A stretch of DNA of 41,725 bases, from the NCBI GenBank assembly GCA_964548875.1, contig CAZJSP010000001.1, positions 1 through 41,725 on the forward strand, written 5' to 3'. Shown here piece after piece: positions 34,420-41,463 of the stretch. A model generated the notes under the pieces. The model made no database searches and had not been told where the DNA came from. It worked only from the letters and a program-made list of their open reading frames with translations. Positions within the stretch are counted from its first letter, which is position 1. The number at the start of each line of letters is the position of its first letter. Both the position numbers and the translations under genes were made by a program. Origin of the DNA: an uncultured Candidatus Saccharibacteria bacterium (GTDB lineage: Bacteria; Patescibacteriota; Minisyncoccia; Minisyncoccales; JANBVM01).

Positions 34420-35769
34420 TTAAGAACAAATAATATTGTTTTTAATTAGTTCAATTTCCTCTTCCAATTTTTCATTATTTTTTATTTCTTTAGATATTTT
34501 TCTGCAAGAATGGATTGCAGTTGTATGGTCTTTTCCTCCGAACTTTCTTCCAATAAAAGGGAAGGAAGATTTTAATTCATTTCTTAATAAATACATGGCC
34601 ACCTGTCGAGGTTTTACTATTTCTTTTTTTCTAGAGGAAGACGCTATTTCTTTAATGCTTAAGTTATAGAAGTTAGCAACAGCATGAATTATTTTTTTAG
34701 AATTAATATTTCTTTTAGGAGAATTAATTATATTCTTGAGTAATAGCTTGGTTACTTTAAGATCGGGAGTTTTTTTATTGAGTTGTTTGTGGGCGACAAT
34801 AATATTTAAGGCGCCTTCTAATTCTCTAATATTTCTTTGAATTTTACTTGCTACATAATCTAAAACCTCTTCTGAAAGTTTAATTTTTCTTTCCTGACAT
34901 TTTGTTTTTAAAATTGCAATTCTAGTTTCTAGCTTAGGGCTAGAAATATCGGCAATCATTCCTCCTTCAAAACGAGATCTTAATCTTTCAGTTAAGGTTG
35001 CGATTGATTTTGGAGATCTATCAGAGGATAGAATTATTTGCTTGTTTTCTCCGTAAAGAGAATTAAAGATAAAGAAAAACTCTTCTTGAGTTTTTTCTTT
35101 GCCTGATAAAAATTGAACATCATCGACTATAAGAGTATTAATTTCCTTGTATTCCTTTCTTAGTTTTTCTACTTTTCTGTTTCTAATTGCAGAAATAATA
35201 TTAGAAACAAATTTTTCAGTTGGAACATATTTTACCTTATTATTTTTTTCCTGTTGAGCAATACTATTACCAATAGATTGAAGAAGGTGGGTTTTTCCTA
35301 ATCCTACCCCCCCATATATAAACAAGGGATTGTAAACCTTTCCAGGTTTTTGAGCCACAGCTGAAGATGCAGCATGAGCCAATTCATTAAAAGGACCAAT
35401 AACAAAATTATCAAAACTATATTTGGGATTTAAATTAGTATCTTTTTGTTTTTGAAAATTATCAAAATCTAGTTGATCTTCTTCCGAGGTTGTATTAATT
35501 GCTTGTTCTAAAATTTGAAAATCAGAACTTTGGACTTTGTACTTAATATTTTTGATACCACGATCAATATCTCTTAAAATTTTTAAAATGTTTTTATTAT
35601 ACTTTTTTAAAAACCAGTTTTTAGCGAAAGCGCTAGGAACAGAAACAGTTACAGAGCTATTATCTCTAGAAACAATATTTGTGTCTTGAAACCAAGTGTC
35701 AAAGCTTGCATTAGATATTTGTAATTGCATTTGGGCTAAAACAGCCTGCCAAAGTTCTTGTTGAGTCAT
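34420..35769 (-). CDS. dnaA: Chromosomal replication initiator DnaA
   Basis: 449 aa. It has Walker A (GGVGLGKTHLL), Walker B (LIVDDVQFL), sensor motifs and the C-terminal DNA-binding signature (FGGKDHTTAIHSCRKI). Confidence 0.95.
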   Translation of the reverse strand: MTQQELWQAVLAQMQLQISNASFDTWFQDTNIVSRDNSSVTVSVPSAFAKNWFLKKYNKNILKILRDIDRGIKNIKYKVQSSDFQILEQAINTTSEEDQLDFDNFQKQKDTNLNPKYSFDNFVIGPFNELAHAASSAVAQKPGKVYNPLFIYGGVGLGKTHLLQSIGNSIAQQEKNNKVKYVPTEKFVSNIISAIRNRKVEKLRKEYKEINTLIVDDVQFLSGKEKTQEEFFFIFNSLYGENKQIILSSDRSPKSIATLTERLRSRFEGGMIADISSPKLETRIAILKTKCQERKIKLSEEVLDYVASKIQRNIRELEGALNIIVAHKQLNKKTPDLKVTKLLLKNIINSPKRNINSKKIIHAVANFYNLSIKEIASSSRKKEIVKPRQVAMYLLRNELKSSFPFIGRKFGGKDHTTAIHSCRKISKEIKNNEKLEEEIELIKNNIICS

Positions 35770-35797
35770 AAGACTTTTTAATTAATTTTATACGTTA

Positions 35798-35827
35798 ATT
35801 ATACATTAAAAAAACAAAGAATGTAAA
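35798..35827 (-). promoter_or_regulatory. Candidate dnaA promoter
   Basis: On the minus strand: TTTACA (35827..35822), an 18-nt spacer, then TATAAT (35803..35798). It lies about 28 nt upstream of the dnaA ATG. Confidence 0.4.
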
Positions 35828-35897
35828 ATAAGAACAAAGCCTCTTTTTTTGTTAACAACCTGGGTAAAAACTGTGGATTCTTTTTTTGAAAAATAAA

Positions 35898-35927
35898 TTG
35901 ACTTGATTATTTTTTTATGGTTAAAAT
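35898..35927 (+). promoter_or_regulatory. Candidate rpmH promoter
   Basis: TTGACT (35898..35903), an 18-nt spacer, then TAAAAT (35922..35927). The rpmH ATG at 35935 is 7 nt after the -10 element. Confidence 0.45.
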
Positions 35928-35934
35928 GATAGAT

Positions 35935-36069
35935 ATGGCAATTACAAAAAAACCTAAAAAAAGGAAAAGGAAAAGAAAGCACGGCTTCCTCAAAAGAAAA
36001 TCAACAAAGGCGGGGAAGAATGTTGTGAAAAAGAGACGGAAAAAAGGGCGCAAAAAATTAACTGCGTAG
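35935..36069 (+). CDS. rpmH: 50S ribosomal protein L34 (below the ORF-track size cutoff)
   Basis: My own translation is [44 protein letters not shown] (44 aa). It carries the L34 core HGF..R..T..G..V...RR.KGRK.L and sits in the canonical rpmH-rnpA-yidC-jag order. In-frame ATGs also exist at 35917 and 35926. Confidence 0.85.
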   Translation: MAITKKPKKRKRKRKHGFLKRKSTKAGKNVVKKRRKKGRKKLTA

Positions 36070-36074
36070 TTTTT

Positions 36075-36413
36075 ATGCTACCCCTTAAAAATCGTTTAAA
36101 AAAGAAGAAAGATTTTGAAAGGATATTTAACCAAGGCAAATCTTTTAAACACGATTGTTTGGTTCTAAGAATTCTTGAGAATGATTTAGGTTATAATAGA
36201 TTTGGATTTGTTGTTTCTAAGAAAGTTTCTAAAAAGGCAGTTGTACGAAATAGAATAAAGAGAATGTTAAGAGAAATTGTTAGACAGGGTGATGTTAAAA
36301 TAAAAGAAGGATTTGATATTGTAGTTATTGCTTTAATTGGAATTGAAAACAAGAAATTTCAAGAAATTAAAAAAGAATTTTTAAATCTTATTTTAAAAAC
36401 AAAAATATTATGA
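36075..36413 (+). CDS. rnpA: Ribonuclease P protein component
   Basis: 112 aa with LKKKKDFERIF, RFGFVVSKKVSKKAVVRNRIKRMLRE (the RNR motif), plus its gene context. Confidence 0.85.
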   Translation: MLPLKNRLKKKKDFERIFNQGKSFKHDCLVLRILENDLGYNRFGFVVSKKVSKKAVVRNRIKRMLREIVRQGDVKIKEGFDIVVIALIGIENKKFQEIKKEFLNLILKTKIL

Positions 36414-37084
36414 TAGGTGATTTTTTCAATCAATTTTTATATCGTCCCCTTCTCAACATATTAGTAATAATTTGTTTATTAATTCCTGGTCAAAATTTTG
36501 GCCTAGCTATTATTGCGACCACTGTTCTTTTAAAAGTTATATTATATCCTTTAACTAAAAAAAGTCTTAAGAATGGTAAAAGCCTTCAAAAAATTCAGCC
36601 AGAATTAAAAAAAATTCAGAAAAAATTTAAAGGAGATGAAATGAAACAAGCCGCAGAAATTAAAAATCTTTATGAAAAGCATGATATCAACCCCTTTAGT
36701 GCTTTTGTTCCTCTTCTAATTCAATTTCCTGTTTTAATTGCTCTTTATAGAGTTTTCTTAAAGGGAATGAATGAAGGGGCTTTGTATGATTTTGTGCCTT
36801 CTCCAACAGATATAAGTTTTTCTTTTTTAGGGATTAATCTGACTAATCCTAGTGTTGTTATGACAATGATTGCTGCTATTATTTATTTTTTCCAAATGAA
36901 AAATACCTCGAAGGTCAAAGGTAAAAGCAAAAAAGGATTTCAGGATAAAATGCCCTACTTTTTTAGTGTCTTCACTTTCTTTATTCTAGTAAAATTCCCA
37001 GCTGCAGTTTCTCTTTATTTAGCTGTTTCTTCACTATTTCTTGTTACTCAAAATTATTTTTTACATAAAAATGAATCTCAATAA
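36410..37084 (+). CDS. yidC: Membrane protein insertase YidC (short Oxa1-like form)
   Basis: 224 aa with FGLAIIATTVLLKVILYPLTKKS, KIQPELKKIQKKFKGD and PLLIQFPVLIALYRVF. Confidence 0.85.
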   Translation: MIGDFFNQFLYRPLLNILVIICLLIPGQNFGLAIIATTVLLKVILYPLTKKSLKNGKSLQKIQPELKKIQKKFKGDEMKQAAEIKNLYEKHDINPFSAFVPLLIQFPVLIALYRVFLKGMNEGALYDFVPSPTDISFSFLGINLTNPSVVMTMIAAIIYFFQMKNTSKVKGKSKKGFQDKMPYFFSVFTFFILVKFPAAVSLYLAVSSLFLVTQNYFLHKNESQ

Positions 37085-37526
37085 TTTAGAAAAAATTAAA
37101 AAAGAAATAAGGGATTTTTTTAAAAAAACAACCTTTGATTTAGATATTAATATTTCTTTGAGAGAAGACTCTACTATTGCCATAGATATTACCAGCTCAG
37201 AACCTCAGATTTTAATAGGTGAAGGAGGATCAACCTTATCAGATATGCAAAAATTATTAAAAATTATTATTAAGAAAAAGATTAAAGAAAATATTTACGT
37301 TGATTTAGATGTTAATAATTACAAGAAAAAGAAGATTTCTCACTTAAAAGACCTCGCTCAAAAAACAGCCGATGAAGCAGTTTTAATGAACGAAGAAAAA
37401 GTGTTGACTTCAATGAACCCTTATGAAAGAAGAGTGGTTCATCTAGAGTTAGCGAAAAGACTGAATGTTTCTACTGAAAGTACAGGAGAAGATCCTAATA
37501 GAAGAATAATTATTAAGCCCTGTTAA
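37071..37526 (+). CDS. jag: Jag/KhpB-like RNA-binding protein (KH plus R3H domains)
   Basis: A C-terminal R3H signature is present (YERRVVHLELAK...STESTGEDPNRRIIIKP). I prefer the ATG at 37071 (MNLNNLEKIKKEI) over the track start at 37041, which would overlap yidC by 44 nt. Confidence 0.75.
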   Translation: MNLNNLEKIKKEIRDFFKKTTFDLDINISLREDSTIAIDITSSEPQILIGEGGSTLSDMQKLLKIIIKKKIKENIYVDLDVNNYKKKKISHLKDLAQKTADEAVLMNEEKVLTSMNPYERRVVHLELAKRLNVSTESTGEDPNRRIIIKPC

Positions 37527-37536
37527 ATTAATAATT

Positions 37537-37570
37537 AAAAGCCCTCTTTTTCAAGAGGGCTTTTTATTTT
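37537..37570. terminator. Bidirectional rho-independent terminator between convergent jag and the T4SS pilin-like gene
   Basis: AAAA-GCCCTCTT-TTTC-AAGAGGGC-TTTTTATTTT is a perfect 8-bp GC-rich stem (37541..37548 / 37553..37560) with A- and T-tracts on both sides. Confidence 0.8.
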
Positions 37571-37582
37571 TATTTTTTAATT

Positions 37583-37966
37583 TTAAAAAGAAGGGAATTC
37601 AAAAGTTGTTAGCTCAGGATTAATGACTTGCAAAATAAGGTAAGCTGATAAAATAACAATCAATCCTATTGCCGCTGCCTTTATTCTGTCTTGTGCCTCT
37701 TTTATTTTACTTGGGTTGCCCATAGATGATGTCCATTCAAAACCTCCCCAAACAAACATAAAAAAAGCTGAGAATCCAGAAATCCCTATAATAAAGTAAT
37801 AAAGCCAAGCAATAAGCTCATCAGGCGTAGTAGAGCCTTCTAATTTAATTCCTCCGAATTCGGGATATTCTAAATTTAACTCCAAATCAGCTCTTACTTT
37901 TTGAAAACTAAGAAGTAGAACCGACAAAATAGAAAACAATAATATTATTTTAATTCTTTTTTTCAT
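37583..37966 (-). CDS. TrbC/VirB2-like T4SS pilin candidate
   Basis: 127 aa. It has a signal peptide (cleavage probably after VRA), then two hydrophobic helices (YYFIIGISGFSAFFMFVWGGF and AAAIGLIVILSAYLILQVI) separated by a short basic loop. This is the VirB2/TrbC topology, and the gene lies directly downstream of VirB4. Confidence 0.55.
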   Translation of the reverse strand: MKKRIKIILLFSILSVLLLSFQKVRADLELNLEYPEFGGIKLEGSTTPDELIAWLYYFIIGISGFSAFFMFVWGGFEWTSSMGNPSKIKEAQDRIKAAAIGLIVILSAYLILQVINPELTTFEFPSF

Positions 37967-37984
37967 TTTTATATTATAACATAA

Positions 37985-39859
37985 TTATTCTTCTTTTGTA
38001 TTTTCTTTAATACTTTTTTCTTTGCTTTCCTCTCTTAATTCTTCAATAGATTTATAGGCTTTCTTATCTTCTACTTCTTTTTTAGTTTTTTCTTTAATTC
38101 TAGCAGTAGTTTCTTCAGGATTAGTAGTAATAATTTGATCTTCTGTATAAGAGGCTATTGCTTTCATGGCTACATGTTTTTGTCCAGCAAAAAATATCCC
38201 CTCCCCAACAGCAGATTCTAATAGAAGCATTTTTTCTTGTTCGGTTAAATCAAAAGTTTTTTGAACTACATCCAAGGTCGCTGGGGACTGTTTCATTAGA
38301 ATTTGTAAGGCTGAATTAGTAATAATAGGTTGACCATAAGAAGAAGTCATAAAGTCATTTACATCTTGAGAAATAGTAGTTACTCCTAACCAATATTTTC
38401 TTGCTCTTTTGCACATTCCATATAAGAAAGAAGCACCATCTTCATTTTGCATAATCCACCAGGCCTCATCAACAACCAATACCCTTTTCTTTAGCTGAGA
38501 TCTAACCTTGTTCCAAATATATCTCATAATAATAAACATGGCCATTGGTCTTAATTCATCTTCAATGTCTCTAATACCGAAGACAACAAAATTCTTTTCC
38601 ATTTTAATATTGGTTGGATTATTGAAGAATTGAGCATAAGTTCCAGTTGTAAATTTTCTTACCCTTCTTACTAATGAATCAGCTCCTTCCATTCCTTCTA
38701 GGACTGATTCAAAGTCTTCCATTAAAGGAATTCTTTCATGCCAAGTGGAGGGATCACTGTCAGGAGTAATATCACGAGCGGCATATGTTTCTCTTAAGGC
38801 CTGATCTACAATAGCGTCTTCCTCAGCGGTTAATCCTCCTAACATAATTCTTAATAGGCCAACTAGATTAATAATATTTGATCTTAAAACATCAGCTAAT
38901 TCTTCATTTTTTCTTGGTTTTGGTAAATCAAAAGGATTAATATGGCTAGAGGAAGATAGGGAAATATTAAAGAAAGAACCTCCAACTGCATTTGCTAGAT
39001 ACTTGTATTCATTTTCAGGGTCTATAGTAATAACATCAATTCCGGTCATTAAAGATCTTAAAATATCTAATTTAACAGCATAACTTTTACCTGAACCTGT
39101 GGTTCCAAAAACTACTTGGTTAGCATTAGGCAGGCTAAATCTATCAAACAATATTAAAGAATTATTGTGCCTATTAATTCCATATAGAATTCCTTCATTA
39201 GAACTTAAATCAAAAGAAACAAAAGGGAAGGTTGAAGAAAGAGGAGCAGTATTCATAGCAGTATGATGTCGGATCTGATCTAATGCGTAAGGAGCAGTGC
39301 TGTTAAACCCCTCTTTCTGCTGATAAACAGCAGGTTTAATGTAAACCATCTTTGCTTCTAAAATAGACCTTAAACTGGATTCTACATCGTCTATCTCCTG
39401 CAGATCATTACCATAAATAGTTAAATAAATTCCTAATTGAAACATTTTTTCCTGAGCAGTTTGTAGTTTATCTCTCAAGTTTTCAATATCTCTGTATGCT
39501 ATTTCTAATTCTGGGTCTCGGATATAGCCCTTTTCTCTCCTTTCGCTAATTTCAACACTTGTTTCAGTTAATTTTTTTCTTAATTTTTTTAAAATTAAAG
39601 AAGTATCAACGGGGAAGATATGAATTCCTATATCCATAGGAGTATCAATGTTAATAATTGGAGAAAGCCAGTCTGTATCCAAATAACGAGGATAAGAAAA
39701 AATGAAAAAAGATTTAGCAAATCTTTTACCTAGAGCTAAATGATCAGATTTTATCGCAATTAATGAAGAGGGAGCGACAATATCTTTTGCCGTTATTGGT
39801 TCTTGTTCAAATATTTTTTCCTCCTCTTTCTCTTTCTTTTTAAAAAAGGGTAGTTGCAT
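37985..39859 (-). CDS. virB4: VirB4/TrbE-family type IV secretion ATPase (C-terminal two thirds)
   Basis: 624 aa with Walker A (VVFGTTGSGKSYAVK), Walker B (RVLVVDEAWWIM) and the downstream motif GVTTISQDVNDF. The region before the P-loop (FFIFSYPRYLDTDWLSPII) is typical of Gram-positive-type VirB4. Confidence 0.85.
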   Translation of the reverse strand: MQLPFFKKKEKEEEKIFEQEPITAKDIVAPSSLIAIKSDHLALGKRFAKSFFIFSYPRYLDTDWLSPIINIDTPMDIGIHIFPVDTSLILKKLRKKLTETSVEISERREKGYIRDPELEIAYRDIENLRDKLQTAQEKMFQLGIYLTIYGNDLQEIDDVESSLRSILEAKMVYIKPAVYQQKEGFNSTAPYALDQIRHHTAMNTAPLSSTFPFVSFDLSSNEGILYGINRHNNSLILFDRFSLPNANQVVFGTTGSGKSYAVKLDILRSLMTGIDVITIDPENEYKYLANAVGGSFFNISLSSSSHINPFDLPKPRKNEELADVLRSNIINLVGLLRIMLGGLTAEEDAIVDQALRETYAARDITPDSDPSTWHERIPLMEDFESVLEGMEGADSLVRRVRKFTTGTYAQFFNNPTNIKMEKNFVVFGIRDIEDELRPMAMFIIMRYIWNKVRSQLKKRVLVVDEAWWIMQNEDGASFLYGMCKRARKYWLGVTTISQDVNDFMTSSYGQPIITNSALQILMKQSPATLDVVQKTFDLTEQEKMLLLESAVGEGIFFAGQKHVAMKAIASYTEDQIITTNPEETTARIKEKTKKEVEDKKAYKSIEELREESKEKSIKENTKEE

Positions 39860-39860
39860 T

Positions 39861-40493
39861 TTATTTTATTAATTCAGGTGGAATATTAGGATATTGGCCC
39901 ATCTCTTCCTTTTCTGGATGATATAGGCCCCATAATAATTCTATTATTTCTGCTGTGCTTAAAGAATTACATTGTAATCCACACCTTTTTAGTCCCATAG
40001 CTAAAAACTGCATTCTTTGGATTAATTGAGATCTAGCTCTTTGGAACCTTTTATCGCTTAATTCTTGTTTTTCCTCCTCTTTCTCTTTCTTTGTAGGTAT
40101 TTCTCTTAGTTCTCCAAAATTAAAAGGGATAACAACATAAAAGCTTTTTGACATAATTGATCCTCCTCTAATTATTTCTCTTATAAAATTACCATATTCT
40201 CTAATTTGAGTTTTTAATAAATTATTTGTTTCTCTTTCGGCCAATTCTTTTAATTTATCTAAATAGCTTGAAATATTAAGCTTTCTTGACTGGACAACTA
40301 TTTCTGCTGAAAAATCTAAAGAATTTAAAAAACTTTGGAATTGATGGATAATAATTCTTTTCTCTTCTTCAGCCTTTAAAGCAAAATTCATTGAAGAGAC
40401 CATTAAAATACCTCTCAGTGTTTTATTCTTTAAAACTATCACCCCTTCTTTAATTTCATCAAATTCTAAAAATTGTTGAGTTGCTCCCTTCAT
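39861..40493 (-). CDS. VirB4 N-terminal-domain-like protein (separately encoded)
   Basis: 210 aa. The pattern FDEIKEGVIVLKNKTLRGILMVSSMNFALKAEEEKRIIIHQFQSFLNSLDFSAEIVVQSR matches the N-terminal module of full-length (about 800 aa) Gram-positive VirB4/TrsE/PrgJ-type ATPases as I recall them. Its stop is separated from the ATPase ATG by 1 nt (TAA-A-ATG). Confidence 0.5.
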   Translation of the reverse strand: MKGATQQFLEFDEIKEGVIVLKNKTLRGILMVSSMNFALKAEEEKRIIIHQFQSFLNSLDFSAEIVVQSRKLNISSYLDKLKELAERETNNLLKTQIREYGNFIREIIRGGSIMSKSFYVVIPFNFGELREIPTKKEKEEEKQELSDKRFQRARSQLIQRMQFLAMGLKRCGLQCNSLSTAEIIELLWGLYHPEKEEMGQYPNIPPELIK

Positions 40494-40888
40494 TTAGTTT
40501 TTGTTTCTATTTTTGTTTTAATATTTTTTAAATTACTTTTTCCTCCGACAACTAAAGCGTCTTCTTTGTCATGCATTTGCGTTTCTCCTTGTAAATTTAA
40601 TCCTTTTGATCCCTTTCTGTGCCAAATATAGTTTTTAGGAGAAATATTATACTTAAAAAAATTCCATAGGAATTTTGAAAGAGGAAATCCATCAATTTTT
40701 AAAAAGGCAAAAGCTGAAGATATTGTTCCTAAAACAGCAACGGAAATAATAAAAATATCGAAAGGGAAGCTAAAATAAATGATAAAGCAAATTAAACCAG
40801 CTGAACCGACATAAAGAAATTGTTGGAAAGTCAAAGGTCCGATTAATTTAGACTCTCTCTCAATAAATTGTGGAACTGTAAACCTCAT
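40490..40888 (-). CDS. PrgI-like (VirB3-analogous) small membrane protein
   Basis: 132 aa. The N-terminus MRFTVPQFIERESKLIGPLTFQQFLYVGSAG is followed by two TM helices. This is the PrgI family pattern and its usual position upstream of VirB4. Confidence 0.55.
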   Translation of the reverse strand: MRFTVPQFIERESKLIGPLTFQQFLYVGSAGLICFIIYFSFPFDIFIISVAVLGTISSAFAFLKIDGFPLSKFLWNFFKYNISPKNYIWHRKGSKGLNLQGETQMHDKEDALVVGGKSNLKNIKTKIETKTK

Positions 40889-40889
40889 A

Positions 40890-41345
40890 CTATTCTATAG
40901 GTTCTCTGTATGTATCCCCTTGGACCTTTTTTTCTTTTTCTATTTGTTTTTTTATTTTTTTTCTTTCTGTGGAAGCTATAATGTCTTTTGTCTGAACAGG
41001 CTTTTTTCTATTCATTTGGGCCATTGGAGCTATCTCCATATTATAGAGGTCTTCTAATAAAGATTTGACCGGATAAAAAATAAATCGATTAATTTCTTTT
41101 GTAATATTTTTTGCTTTTTCTTTGCTTAATCCTAAACCTTCTTGGACTGTTTTTTGAAATTCGTCGGGAGGCAGTAATCCTAAAATTGCTTTTCCTACAT
41201 ATTCGTGTACAGAGGACAAATAATGAAAAACTTCATGTTTTTTACAAATACTTTCTAAACTTTCATGCATTTCTGTCGAAGACAATAATTTTTGTAGATT
41301 TCTAGGTAAATTCTTTTTTAATTTAAGGTATTCTTTTCTGTCCAT
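40890..41345 (-). CDS. Hypothetical protein, first gene of the T4SS-like operon
   Basis: 151 aa and soluble, with a lysine-rich C-terminal tail. I cannot name any motif in it. Confidence 0.55.
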   Translation of the reverse strand: MDRKEYLKLKKNLPRNLQKLLSSTEMHESLESICKKHEVFHYLSSVHEYVGKAILGLLPPDEFQKTVQEGLGLSKEKAKNITKEINRFIFYPVKSLLEDLYNMEIAPMAQMNRKKPVQTKDIIASTERKKIKKQIEKEKKVQGDTYREPIE

Positions 41346-41429
41346 ATTTTTATAATTATATATTTAATAATATTATACCAGAATTAATACGATTTAAAAG
41401 AAATAATATCGATATTTTTTTTAAAAGTG

Positions 41430-41458
41430 TTGACAAGTTGTTTATATCTCTGTATAAA
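41430..41458 (+). promoter_or_regulatory. Near-consensus sigma70-type promoter
   Basis: TTGACA (41430..41435), a 17-nt spacer, then TATAAA (41453..41458). The ATG at 41464 is 5 nt after the -10 element. Confidence 0.5.
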
Positions 41459-41463
41459 TAGAA

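Noticed and set aside
35917-35934. In-frame upstream ATGs (35917 and 35926) that would extend L34 by 3-6 residues.
   Set aside because: They fall inside or upstream of the predicted -10 element (35922..35927), and L34 proteins normally start close to the basic core. This cannot be excluded without TSS data.
37041-37070. The track start for jag at 37041 (MLLKIIFYIK-).
   Set aside because: The extension is hydrophobic read-through of the yidC 3' end in another frame. The ATG at 37071 gives a typical soluble Jag N-terminus and only a 14-nt overlap. The choice is not certain, so the confidence is lowered accordingly.
39857-39863. Annotating the two VirB4 pieces as a frameshifted pseudogene.
   Set aside because: The downstream piece starts with its own ATG 1 nt after the upstream stop, and both ORFs are otherwise intact across 834 codons. 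This pattern suggests a functional split rather than decay. The question is kept as an open finding rather than a pseudogene call.
37583-41345. Calling the T4SS-like cluster a mobile element (ICE or conjugative plasmid remnant).
   Set aside because: The window contains no integrase, relaxase, coupling protein, transposase, flanking direct repeats or tRNA attachment site. The flanking genes are core origin-region genes. Mobility cannot be supported from this sequence.
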